Shown here piece by piece: positions 11,082 through 20,946 of a DNA stretch of 64,000 bases. Below the pieces are notes generated by a model. The model searched no databases. It was not told the origin of the DNA and was given only the letters and a program-made list of their open reading frames with translations. The stretch's first letter is position 1. Every line of letters starts with the position of its first letter. A program made the position numbers and the translations under genes. The stretch comes from a virus, in the IMG/VR virus record IMGVR_UViG_3300024261_000005, one strand, 5' to 3'.

Positions 11082-14000
11082 TTAATCATCCAAATACATG
11101 TAGCCAAGAAGTGAATCTGCATTCTTTATTCCTATGGCGTCAGCTACCTTCGCAGCGTTTACCACTATGCTTGATTTCATTGAGTTTAGCTCATTCTTAT
11201 CATAAGCTGTTATCACGTCCTTACCGTAAGCTTTTAACTCTTGCTGCCTATCTAGATAGCCTTTGACTGCTGTTGAAGTGGCGTTGAAAATGTAGCCTAG
11301 CATATTGTTCCACTTTTCGCTTTCATCTACCTCTTCAAAACCCCCAGTTACGAGCGGCATTCCATCCCTAACTAAGGGGTACAATTGGATAAGATTTCCG
11401 TTTTCCATTCTGGACATTATATGTTGCCGAAATAGATTTTTCCCAAGTCGACCGCTACTGTAAGAAGTACTTATTGTGCTGTTCAAAAGGTTGCTGCTTT
11501 TAGCAAGCGCTACACTTCCAGCGAAGAATAGTCCCATTTTCCATAAGCCTCCACCAAATATACTTACACCCATATTGGTTGCAAATCGGTTCCTTAATGC
11601 TTCTCCACCCAGATAAGTCAAGCTTAACCCCCCTGCTAGAGTGCCAACGTCCGCTACCATATCTGTAAGCTCTTTTGGAACTGCTGCATCTCCAGGAACA
11701 AAATCTCTCAAAAAGCTTGGGCCATCCTCTTCATAACTGTCCATTGTCTTTTCAACTATTTGGTCGACTAACTTTTTTCTTTTTTCATCAGACAGCCCAC
11801 CAAAATCTATGGTAAGCCCAGCGCCACCATGTTTTCTAAAGAAACCAGCATTAGTTGTCATCTCTTCCTCTATGAACTCTTCGACTTCATCTTCTACGAT
11901 TTTCTTAACGCTAGCTTTTCTTTCCTCGGCTGTGCCACCCAACTCATAAAGGCTATTGTATTCATCAAATACTTTAGCTCTTGTTTCATATACGAGGCTT
12001 TGAGTTATCACTGGGTGTGATAACTCTTCATTTGCTGTTACCAGTGCGTTGGTTTCAATATCTGTGATAAAGCCTGTCTCAAATGAGAACATGTGCGTAA
12101 CAGAACAAACTTCTACTGGACCGTACATATTGGTTATATCATCATGCAAGATTACCACATCCCAAGGGTTTATCTTGGTGTCGCCTAGGATAGTTAAAGA
12201 CCCTTCGTACATCTTTCTAGTTCCATACAATAACTCGCCCAAACCGTATCTGATAGCATTGCTAGCACCAACTATGTTTCGATAAGTTACAGTCTTTTCT
12301 TTTAGCTGGCTCATCCCTACATTATTGTTGGCTCTAAACTTTAATGTTTCCATTGTTTGGTTGTATTTAGAAAGCGATGGATCTACATCACTATTAACAT
12401 CAGCCGAACCTTTCTCTTCACCTTTCAATCTTTCAGTGAAAGTATTTATAAAGTTTACGCTAACTGCATTGATCATATTATGAGAGGAAACAATTATATT
12501 GTTGCCAATCAAATTCCTCTTAGACGAGACTAAATGAAATTGCCTGAATGGTACAAATCTATCTTTAGTTTTGCTTATGTAGTAGTCGTATGCCTTTTGT
12601 GTAAAGAATCTTTGTAATACTTGCTCGTTCTCATTATTGGTCACAGACTCCTTATACTGAGCGTATGCACTTGGGAAAATAATCTTTATGTCATTTTCCT
12701 TCAGCAAGCCTGCCTCCCCCATAGTGTCTAAAGCCATAAAGATTTTATTGAGCTTTCTTATCTCAGTATTAGTTATTCGCTTACACCAATACCTTTGGTT
12801 AGGCACTCCAAAGAAAACTCTATACTCCAAACTATTTCCATAAGGCCTCACGCCATAAATATATCCGGGATGCCTTAATGTACATTCATGTAATATTTGC
12901 CATATTGTTTGACCAGTTAGTACGAATGGATTCTCATGCTTCTTTACATCCATTCTTTTGTCTATAAGCTTGAATGGATTTAACTTGAGGGTTTCTAACT
13001 TTTTGCTGCTAGAAATATTTATCAATCCAAAGGTGCTGGTATTGATTATATCTTTTCCCGACAGCCAAGCTTCCTTGCTAAAGAGTTCAATTCCACTCCA
13101 CAAACTTTCCAAATAACTGTAGCTGGTTCCTAAGTTGCTCATGTATTGCGCTGGATGTGGTGCAAAGATATTATCATCTTGAGGAGATAGTAATTTCTTC
13201 TTCTTAAGCTTATTCTTGTCTGCAGCGAAGCTACCCATCATAGCGTTCCATGCATACTTCGCACTATCTATTATAATGTCAAGCCCAGACAGTAGCGCTG
13301 CCGTAGCAAAACCACTAACGCCAATAGCCAATGGTAATGTTATTGATGTACCCGCTCCTATTATAATGTTGCCACCCATCTTCGTTCCTAACCAGGTTTT
13401 ACCTAATCTTGATGGCGCCACACCACTCAAACCAAGAGCACCAAATCCCTTATTCTTCAGTACTATGCTTTTTAAGAACTCCTCACCCAGCTCAGGCGCA
13501 ATATTTACTTTGCCACCACTCAGAACGTTGGCAATATACTTAAAGACAGTTACTACTGTACCGTTAATCCTGCCGTGTGCTGCTTGGTTGGCTGCGAACT
13601 TACCTGTATTTAAAAGACTACTCATTCCGCCCAGCACTCTGAGTTGAGTCCTGGCCACACGGGGCAACATACTGGTCCCTAGGTTGCCCTGAGCTCGAAT
13701 CAAAAATTCAAGTGCGTCATCAAAATTAGCAATAAAGATTTTTGCCGCCCCCGCTTGTGGGGTCATACTTGTTGCAAGAAATTGCGCACGTTTAATAATA
13801 AGTTGCTGAGCAATCTTATTTACTCCAAATGGATTTGCCCATGATAGCTTTGTTGGAACCCATGCAAATATTTTTGCAGTAACAGCACCAAAAGTTGCTA
13901 ACTTTCCTCCAGCGGTGGGTTTAAAATAACTTCCAACGGTTGTTACTAACTTTGTGCTTCCTGCCATCTTTAATGCAGGGAGGCCCAGTGTCAGTACGCC

Positions 14001-17000
14001 GACACCAATGCCGATGCCAAAGGTATTGTCTCTCACCCAATCAAAAAAGCCTCGACTTAATGAAAAGTTAAATGACGATTCTTTTTTATAAAGATCTAAA
14101 TCTAAAGAGAAATCTTTAAATTCGCCTATTTGAAAAACAGCACCTACCTTAGATCTACCAAAATGCTTTAATTCGTCACTCATCATCATGCTTCCTAGAA
14201 GCTGGTGAGTACTATAGAATACGCCAGGCTCATCAGAGTTGGTTCCTGCCTCACCACCTTTTCTTAAAGCTTCAAGCTCCACACCAAAACTTTGTACCGT
14301 TAAATTACATATAGTATTGTTTTGAGCATAATTAATATCAGCAATCTTACCAGAAATCAGTATATCTAGTTCGTTGCTGTTGCTTTCATAACCCGCTCTA
14401 AGCTGGACTGTAACTCCAGGTCGCAATACGATACTATCAATGAAGTTGCCCTCATCTTCCAGTGCTCTTTCTTCTACATCCTCGCCAAGATCCACATCTC
14501 TAAGCACGTTCTTTTTTGTACCGTCTAAAAGCCCAGAAATATTCTGAACTTGGATCGTAGCTACACTTGAGGCGAGCTCTCTTGAGTTATGAACATTAAA
14601 ACTTATTACTGAATTATAATAAAAGAAATCATCAAAAGCAGTAAGTCGATCAGTATAGATAGCGTCTTCTTCTACTATGTATAATCTGAATGTAGGGAAC
14701 GCTTCTTTTATAGTTCTTAACTTATTTATATTCCCACTACTATCCTCACAGATGTCTAGTATGTCCTGCTTGTTATATTTTTGTTGTGTACCGAGCCCAA
14801 GTGTTCTTCCTATCTTTGGGTTTACTTTATCAACTTGCGCTTTAAGATCCATCTTACCAGAAGTCTTGAATCCCAACTGGCTTCCGAACATACTGTTAAC
14901 TTCGCCGAATTGCTTTTTCTTTTCGTCAAATTTGCCGCCAGTAATTCCTTTATTCGTGGCATCTATTTGAGCCACTGCTTTATTTACAGAATATTTTTGA
15001 GCACCTACAGTCGTGACTGATTGCGCACTTGTCGTCACTGCAATTGGTGTGCTTCCACCTAGCACTTTATCATTATTATTCAATGCAATTGCTATTGGAG
15101 CTATATAAGCGGGTGTCTGCACATTTTCTTCATCGCCGATTAAGAAGTCCGATACGGTTCTTAGTATTTCAGTGCTATCAACAAGCTCATTAACTATCTC
15201 TTTTTTCTCTTTATCTCCTCGCAACTTCTCTTCAGATCCTGTAAAGATGCCTGCTCTTAAACCTTTTTGAAACTGTATCGAACTGTCAATTATCTTATTG
15301 GCAGCAGCCATTTCTTTCTTTTGCCTATCCTTAAGCAATATCTCTTTAGTATCATTTTGATCATGATAATAAAAGCATGGAGAAAGATTTGAATTATTAT
15401 AAGGCGTCCTCGGATCTTGTGGAAGATCTATGTCTGGATAAGAATTTGTCTCTAGCAACTCAAAGACCGTTGCCCCATCAAGCACTCTCAAGAGAGTAGC
15501 ATCACCAGTTTTCTCTACAATATCTGCATTTAAATGTAAGTTCTCATCTAGTATTGCTTTTAATAGACTTCTTAAATAGGCAAGCTTGGTTCTTTGTTGG
15601 CTTTTTAATGCTGCCTTCTTACTATCAAAGAAGTGCTTAACGCCATTTGACCGTGGGCCGGGGGTACCATCCGACTTTGTGAGTTGATGAGTCAATAAGA
15701 ACGGATACTTCTTAATATTATCTCGATCCGTCCACTTACCATTCTTGACTCTTATCGGGGCACTTGCAAGACCATCTACACCTATGAACTGCATGACATC
15801 CCCACCGTAAAGATACGCATTGGGGTCGAATTTATCATTGTCTAAGCTGGGGTTATACCTGTAATGGGTGAAAGGAGAGAGCTCCTCTATTATATGACGC
15901 GCATTCTGTTCATTAGTAGCCAAGTCTCCATCATCTCTATGCTCAGGAAACATATATAAGAATTGTAAGTACTCTTTCATATTCGCAATAGTTATTCTAT
16001 CTGCTAATGCAAAATTAGAAAGCTTTTTATCTACAATCCCATCATCATCAATGAGGTTTGAATTCCCTTTTAATGACGCTTGAATTAGGTTCATTGCTCT
16101 TGAAGTAGGGTCTAAATTACCTGCTACTTTATTGAAGGTGTTGAATATGCTTAAGTCAGCGTAAATTGGTTTTATATGTTGCGATATTGAATAAGCAACC
16201 TGATCAGCATCACTAACGCCTTCTAAAAACTCCCCAGCATTCTTCACTCCATCATCCTCAAGCTTAAAGCTGTCTCCTAGAATTGAACTTTTATTATCTA
16301 CAAAGTATTTTAGATACTCTTGAAAAGACGCCCTGCCTTGTAGAGCTTCAGTATGGTCAATTATTCCACCACGAACTCGATTCAATTGTAACTGTGCATC
16401 GTCAGACAGTCCCGTGGAGAAAGCGTAACCTATAACAACAAGTTCTATAACAGCTTGACCAGCTAGACTCCATCCCCCAGAGAGGATAGCAGTCTCAGCG
16501 GCAATAGCTCTTGTTGCCGTTAGAACAAGTCCTGCGCCCCCAAGCGCAACACTTGACTTGTCTACCCTTGTGCTTAAGGCTGCTTGACCGGTTTCAATAG
16601 TACACTTACCAGTAAATAATTTTTCTATTACATTATAATATGCAGGCAGTACAGAGAATCCATACAGTTGACTCTGTATGAATTGCATCTCTTTTATAAA
16701 TTCTTCTTTTGTATCGGTATAAAGATATGGCTCTGTTAATATCACCGATGCTAATTCTGTAAAACTCTTTAGCATTGTATTACTAGCTAAGAGTTGTACT
16801 TTCATAGCATCTCTTTGAGCTGTTTTAGAAGTTAACTCAGATTTATCTACCTTGAAAGTTGAGGATTGATGTAATTTTTTAACAGTTTTAACAAGGCTTT
16901 CCCCTGCTTTGTGGGAGTTCGGGTTGATAATCCACGCGTTTGCTTTTGTGTTGGTTTTTGTCGAAGCACTCCTAACCAACATTTCCTGCCCATAGTATCT

Positions 17001-20000
17001 TTTCAACCCTGCAAGTATTTTTCTTTCAGAGGCAGTTTGACTAGTCTCACCAGCTCTAGGTAGGAACTTTATTTCATAGTTATTATTCTCATCTGTGATT
17101 TCAAAGTTGTATGATCTGTCTGTACGATAGATATCAGTTTTTAGATGATATTTTGTGTCGTTGGAGTAAACTTTCGTATCTCTATACAAAGTAGCTATAT
17201 CAGCATCATTTATGCCTAGCTTCTTTTGATTCTCTCTTAAGAACTTAATAAAGTCATCAGGCTTGGTACTAGTAATTTTATAGTTCTCTTCGCGCTCTTT
17301 CTCTCTAGTCTCAGAAACTACACCACTAGTTGTATTAGCAACCTCTCCCTCCTCTGTCTCATCTTGTTCTTCAACTTCAGGTTCGTTATCACCCTCTGCA
17401 GACTCCTCAATATTTCCAGCAGCTTTCTTTGTATAGGAACCTATAGCCTTCTCAACATCATTATTAATATGATCTTTTATTTGCTTTACATAAGTATCGC
17501 CCTGACCGGTACTACCCCAAAAGGCTTTCTTATTTCTCTTGTTGTTCTCCTTGTCGAAGATCTGTTGAACAGTTTTCGTATAGGGGTTTCCTTCGCTAAA
17601 CATAAATTGAATTGTTTTTACAAAATTGATTCCGTTCCCATCATCATGCAAGTATTCTGGATGATCATTTTGCCAGTCTAAAAAAATATCATTAATGAAA
17701 TCATATACCCGAAATGCATCGGCACCACCTTCACCAACCCAACGCCGTCTACCGCGTTTCAAGCCATGCTGTCCGCTTTTAATGCTTGCTGTAGTGACAT
17801 TAAAGTTGGCATCTAAGTGAATGAAGCCGTTAGCTCTGTATGGCTTCCTGCCCATAAATTTCGTGTCGTTAGCAATCGTAACGATATTTACACTAGTCAC
17901 CTCCCCGTTGGTATTAAGGGTCAATAAATCGTCTCCCGACTTGCTACCATAGATCCCTACGCCCAGACAATAACGTCTTTTTGGTCCGAATACGTCATTG
18001 AAGAATCTACGCTCTTCCAACAATTCTATTAAAGCACTCGCCTCCATGGCGTTCATATTGCTTATTCTAATATCTGCAGCAACACCAGTAAAATGATTCG
18101 ATTTGGTCTTTCTACTTTTCCCCGGATTCCATGCATCTAAAGTTGAAAACACATTAATTTTATATGATTTCTCTTTTAGTTTTCCATATTCATTTAATAA
18201 ATCCTGCAATGGATCCATAAAGTTTAAATAGAACTTATAGGCGTTCTCATCTATTGTTGGGCCTGATTTCCCCAAAGCGTTTTTAGCTCCTTCTTTAACT
18301 AACCTCCCTCTTAGATGCCGCTTTGCTTTTCCATAAAACTTGCTGGCACTAAAATATCTTGTATTCCAGTGGAAGGGCACATACTTCGCTTTTGAGTAGC
18401 TGTGCTTTATGGGTTCACCTTTGAGGGCACTACTACCACGAGACCCTGCTGATGACGGCGCATTTACATTGATATCAGACTCTCTTATTATAGATGCATA
18501 GCGGTCTAAATATTTTTCATCTACATCAGAAGTAACAGCTTCTCTAAGCTCTTCCTCATCATAAGGCTTACTCTCACTGAATCTAAAGTTTAAACCAACG
18601 GCTCCTGGAGAGCCTTCTATAGTAAACGTGTCAGTAGAAGAAATTATAAATCTTGGCTTAGAGTCTCTTATGTAGAGCGGCTGAGTTCCCTTATCGTAAT
18701 CAATGATTTTCTCATCCATGTCGGCATATTTAAATGAGCCAACAAGTTTAGTTATTAATGACTCTACTATTATATTTCCTGCATCAGGTATTTGAGGAAA
18801 GTTCTTTGCCATATAGGCTACATGTGCGCGAATACTTTCAAGCTCTTTTATCTTTGGTGGCAGCCCATCGGTGTGGCTTTTACCAATAAAGTTAAATTGA
18901 AATACTGGCTCTATGCTACCTAAGAATTGGTGCGTAGGATACTCATGTCCAAGTATGGGTATCGAACTTATTATGTTTCTTAATGAACAAGAAACATTTG
19001 TGATGTCTTGCTCAAACTTAGGGACTGAATCATAGTTATCATTATTTGTTTTTATGCCTGTAATGTTCTCAACATCTTTTTCAAAGAAATTGGAATCATA
19101 GCTTAGTAATCGAGCTCTTTGAAAAACGTTTTCCAACCCAGCACGATACATATACTGATGATAGTTTTCTTCATCTATCGCCTTCTTTATTCTATCCATA
19201 TAGATTGCATCATTAGAGTTTAAATAATTATCCCCCTGATCAAATTTATGATTTATGGATTTAATCTTTTTATTATATTCTTTAGAAGATTTAACTAGCT
19301 CTTCATTCAAGCCCTTACCTGTCAAACTCAACAGCATGTCATTAATTATTTGAGAGTCTGCAGTAACCGTAACCTCCTGGCTCGTTGGAAAATAACCAAG
19401 TATTGTGCCCGCAGGATTTATATCGTCGTTGTACGTATCGAAGAACTCAGTGAAATCAGCTATAAGTTCAATCCCCTCATATACGATTTTTTTCTCATCG
19501 TCTTTTCCTGTGTTCTGCACGACCGTTATAGTAGTTCCGTTATGAGTTATTTCCCCCGATATCACACTTAATACTGGTGACGCTGGACCTCCCGAGTGAC
19601 TTCGACTTATGTCTGTGATGGTGAATTTTTTATCAGCTTTTTCAGTTATAACAACATTATTTCCAGGTGGGTAATATTTTTCTATACTCCTATCTTCCAA
19701 AGGTCTTAAGTAAGTATAGTCTCTGCCCCACGCACTTGGAACCTCCACAGATATACCTCCAGAATGAACAGGGGTCATATCTGTCAAAGCTTTTGCTTTT
19801 TCTGACTTTAAACTATTAAAGAGATTATGTATCTCGGCTCTGTTTCCTTTTATCTTCTCTTGCTTTTTGGCTTCGTTTAAATTCTTTTTAACCGTGCCTT
19901 TATTCAGGGTTTTTCTATATCTAAATAGAAAGTTTCCTCCCAGTTCCAACGAAATGTATTCTTTGACAACTATCTTTGTATTGAGCCCACTCATAAGTAT

Positions 20001-20945
20001 CGCATGAGTTAGATTTCGCCTGAGTTCAATTAAGCCGTCATCTAATGTTTTTATATGATTATTTCCAGCCTGCACGCTTTTTAGTTCATGCAAACCGACC
20101 ATAGGTTCGTCGCCTACACCTTGCAGTAAGTTGAAGATCCTTTCATTAACTACAATTCTATTAACTGAGCCTTCTGCTGAAGCCGTCATCCCAATGGTTA
20201 TTCCAAAGTTTTCTTTTAAATATTTTAACTGTAAGAAATTGCAATACCTCTTGTATGCATTCGAATCCTTCGGGCTGGATGTTATTCCTACTCCAGCCTG
20301 AGGTACTATTTTAAGTTTCTCCCAATGGGGGGCCGCAAGATTGTTTGTCCTGTTCGAACCATTAATACTAAATTCTTGTTCACTCTTCTTAACAGGGGAT
20401 ACTTTTTGAGAACCTTCAGGAGGAAATACTGAATGCACGTATTCAGAGACTTTTTTTTCTGTAATCGTTTTATGAACGAAATCTTTTTTATAATTCAAGA
20501 CATTCCCGTAAGGCTTGTAGTTGAAGTATCTCAAATCCAACTCAACCAAGAACGCTCCTGGGGAGCTAGGATGGTTGCTGATGTTAAAGCCAAACAGCGT
20601 AAAGTAGTTCTTTTGTTTTGCAGACTTGTGCGTGTCCGATATGCTTTGTGAGAGAAAGTTATTTTCTACCATCACGAATGGATTATTTCTCACCTGAGAA
20701 ATAAGTCTATGTAAAAGCACAATTGAATCAGCTGGAAACGTAATACTTATCTGTGCGTGAAACACTCCGTTGCCAGAAAGCACCTTTGTTGACACTTTGG
20801 ATCTCAGAGTCTTCCACGAATATTCTAATCCTTCTTTATGCACCGATATCGCTGTTGGTGGTACATGCAACTCAATATCATTTATAATAAATCTTGATGT
20901 GAAATCATCTTTCAAAAGATCAGGAATATTATTTAATTGCCGCAT
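11082..20945 (-). CDS. Giant baseplate hub-like protein with Zn-peptidase M15 domain
   Basis: 3287 aa. Hub-like segments IVLRPGVTVQLRAGY...LISGKIADI and YEGSLTILGDTKINPWDVVILHD...VTHMFSFETGFITDI. M15 motifs SNHFTGVAAD (18070-18101) and GFIHLD (about 17810-17828). Several long hydrophobic segments. Confidence 0.75.
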   Translation of the reverse strand: MRQLNNIPDLLKDDFTSRFIINDIELHVPPTAISVHKEGLEYSWKTLRSKVSTKVLSGNGVFHAQISITFPADSIVLLHRLISQVRNNPFVMVENNFLSQSISDTHKSAKQKNYFTLFGFNISNHPSSPGAFLVELDLRYFNYKPYGNVLNYKKDFVHKTITEKKVSEYVHSVFPPEGSQKVSPVKKSEQEFSINGSNRTNNLAAPHWEKLKIVPQAGVGITSSPKDSNAYKRYCNFLQLKYLKENFGITIGMTASAEGSVNRIVVNERIFNLLQGVGDEPMVGLHELKSVQAGNNHIKTLDDGLIELRRNLTHAILMSGLNTKIVVKEYISLELGGNFLFRYRKTLNKGTVKKNLNEAKKQEKIKGNRAEIHNLFNSLKSEKAKALTDMTPVHSGGISVEVPSAWGRDYTYLRPLEDRSIEKYYPPGNNVVITEKADKKFTITDISRSHSGGPASPVLSVISGEITHNGTTITVVQNTGKDDEKKIVYEGIELIADFTEFFDTYNDDINPAGTILGYFPTSQEVTVTADSQIINDMLLSLTGKGLNEELVKSSKEYNKKIKSINHKFDQGDNYLNSNDAIYMDRIKKAIDEENYHQYMYRAGLENVFQRARLLSYDSNFFEKDVENITGIKTNNDNYDSVPKFEQDITNVSCSLRNIISSIPILGHEYPTHQFLGSIEPVFQFNFIGKSHTDGLPPKIKELESIRAHVAYMAKNFPQIPDAGNIIVESLITKLVGSFKYADMDEKIIDYDKGTQPLYIRDSKPRFIISSTDTFTIEGSPGAVGLNFRFSESKPYDEEELREAVTSDVDEKYLDRYASIIRESDINVNAPSSAGSRGSSALKGEPIKHSYSKAKYVPFHWNTRYFSASKFYGKAKRHLRGRLVKEGAKNALGKSGPTIDENAYKFYLNFMDPLQDLLNEYGKLKEKSYKINVFSTLDAWNPGKSRKTKSNHFTGVAADIRISNMNAMEASALIELLEERRFFNDVFGPKRRYCLGVGIYGSKSGDDLLTLNTNGEVTSVNIVTIANDTKFMGRKPYRANGFIHLDANFNVTTASIKSGQHGLKRGRRRWVGEGGADAFRVYDFINDIFLDWQNDHPEYLHDDGNGINFVKTIQFMFSEGNPYTKTVQQIFDKENNKRNKKAFWGSTGQGDTYVKQIKDHINNDVEKAIGSYTKKAAGNIEESAEGDNEPEVEEQDETEEGEVANTTSGVVSETREKEREENYKITSTKPDDFIKFLRENQKKLGINDADIATLYRDTKVYSNDTKYHLKTDIYRTDRSYNFEITDENNNYEIKFLPRAGETSQTASERKILAGLKRYYGQEMLVRSASTKTNTKANAWIINPNSHKAGESLVKTVKKLHQSSTFKVDKSELTSKTAQRDAMKVQLLASNTMLKSFTELASVILTEPYLYTDTKEEFIKEMQFIQSQLYGFSVLPAYYNVIEKLFTGKCTIETGQAALSTRVDKSSVALGGAGLVLTATRAIAAETAILSGGWSLAGQAVIELVVIGYAFSTGLSDDAQLQLNRVRGGIIDHTEALQGRASFQEYLKYFVDNKSSILGDSFKLEDDGVKNAGEFLEGVSDADQVAYSISQHIKPIYADLSIFNTFNKVAGNLDPTSRAMNLIQASLKGNSNLIDDDGIVDKKLSNFALADRITIANMKEYLQFLYMFPEHRDDGDLATNEQNARHIIEELSPFTHYRYNPSLDNDKFDPNAYLYGGDVMQFIGVDGLASAPIRVKNGKWTDRDNIKKYPFLLTHQLTKSDGTPGPRSNGVKHFFDSKKAALKSQQRTKLAYLRSLLKAILDENLHLNADIVEKTGDATLLRVLDGATVFELLETNSYPDIDLPQDPRTPYNNSNLSPCFYYHDQNDTKEILLKDRQKKEMAAANKIIDSSIQFQKGLRAGIFTGSEEKLRGDKEKKEIVNELVDSTEILRTVSDFLIGDEENVQTPAYIAPIAIALNNNDKVLGGSTPIAVTTSAQSVTTVGAQKYSVNKAVAQIDATNKGITGGKFDEKKKQFGEVNSMFGSQLGFKTSGKMDLKAQVDKVNPKIGRTLGLGTQQKYNKQDILDICEDSSGNINKLRTIKEAFPTFRLYIVEEDAIYTDRLTAFDDFFYYNSVISFNVHNSRELASSVATIQVQNISGLLDGTKKNVLRDVDLGEDVEERALEDEGNFIDSIVLRPGVTVQLRAGYESNSNELDILISGKIADINYAQNNTICNLTVQSFGVELEALRKGGEAGTNSDEPGVFYSTHQLLGSMMMSDELKHFGRSKVGAVFQIGEFKDFSLDLDLYKKESSFNFSLSRGFFDWVRDNTFGIGIGVGVLTLGLPALKMAGSTKLVTTVGSYFKPTAGGKLATFGAVTAKIFAWVPTKLSWANPFGVNKIAQQLIIKRAQFLATSMTPQAGAAKIFIANFDDALEFLIRAQGNLGTSMLPRVARTQLRVLGGMSSLLNTGKFAANQAAHGRINGTVVTVFKYIANVLSGGKVNIAPELGEEFLKSIVLKNKGFGALGLSGVAPSRLGKTWLGTKMGGNIIIGAGTSITLPLAIGVSGFATAALLSGLDIIIDSAKYAWNAMMGSFAADKNKLKKKKLLSPQDDNIFAPHPAQYMSNLGTSYSYLESLWSGIELFSKEAWLSGKDIINTSTFGLINISSSKKLETLKLNPFKLIDKRMDVKKHENPFVLTGQTIWQILHECTLRHPGYIYGVRPYGNSLEYRVFFGVPNQRYWCKRITNTEIRKLNKIFMALDTMGEAGLLKENDIKIIFPSAYAQYKESVTNNENEQVLQRFFTQKAYDYYISKTKDRFVPFRQFHLVSSKRNLIGNNIIVSSHNMINAVSVNFINTFTERLKGEEKGSADVNSDVDPSLSKYNQTMETLKFRANNNVGMSQLKEKTVTYRNIVGASNAIRYGLGELLYGTRKMYEGSLTILGDTKINPWDVVILHDDITNMYGPVEVCSVTHMFSFETGFITDIETNALVTANEELSHPVITQSLVYETRAKVFDEYNSLYELGGTAEERKASVKKIVEDEVEEFIEEEMTTNAGFFRKHGGAGLTIDFGGLSDEKRKKLVDQIVEKTMDSYEEDGPSFLRDFVPGDAAVPKELTDMVADVGTLAGGLSLTYLGGEALRNRFATNMGVSIFGGGLWKMGLFFAGSVALAKSSNLLNSTISTSYSSGRLGKNLFRQHIMSRMENGNLIQLYPLVRDGMPLVTGGFEEVDESEKWNNMLGYIFNATSTAVKGYLDRQQELKAYGKDVITAYDKNELNSMKSSIVVNAAKVADAIGIKNADSLLGYMYLDD

Positions 20946-20946
20946 A

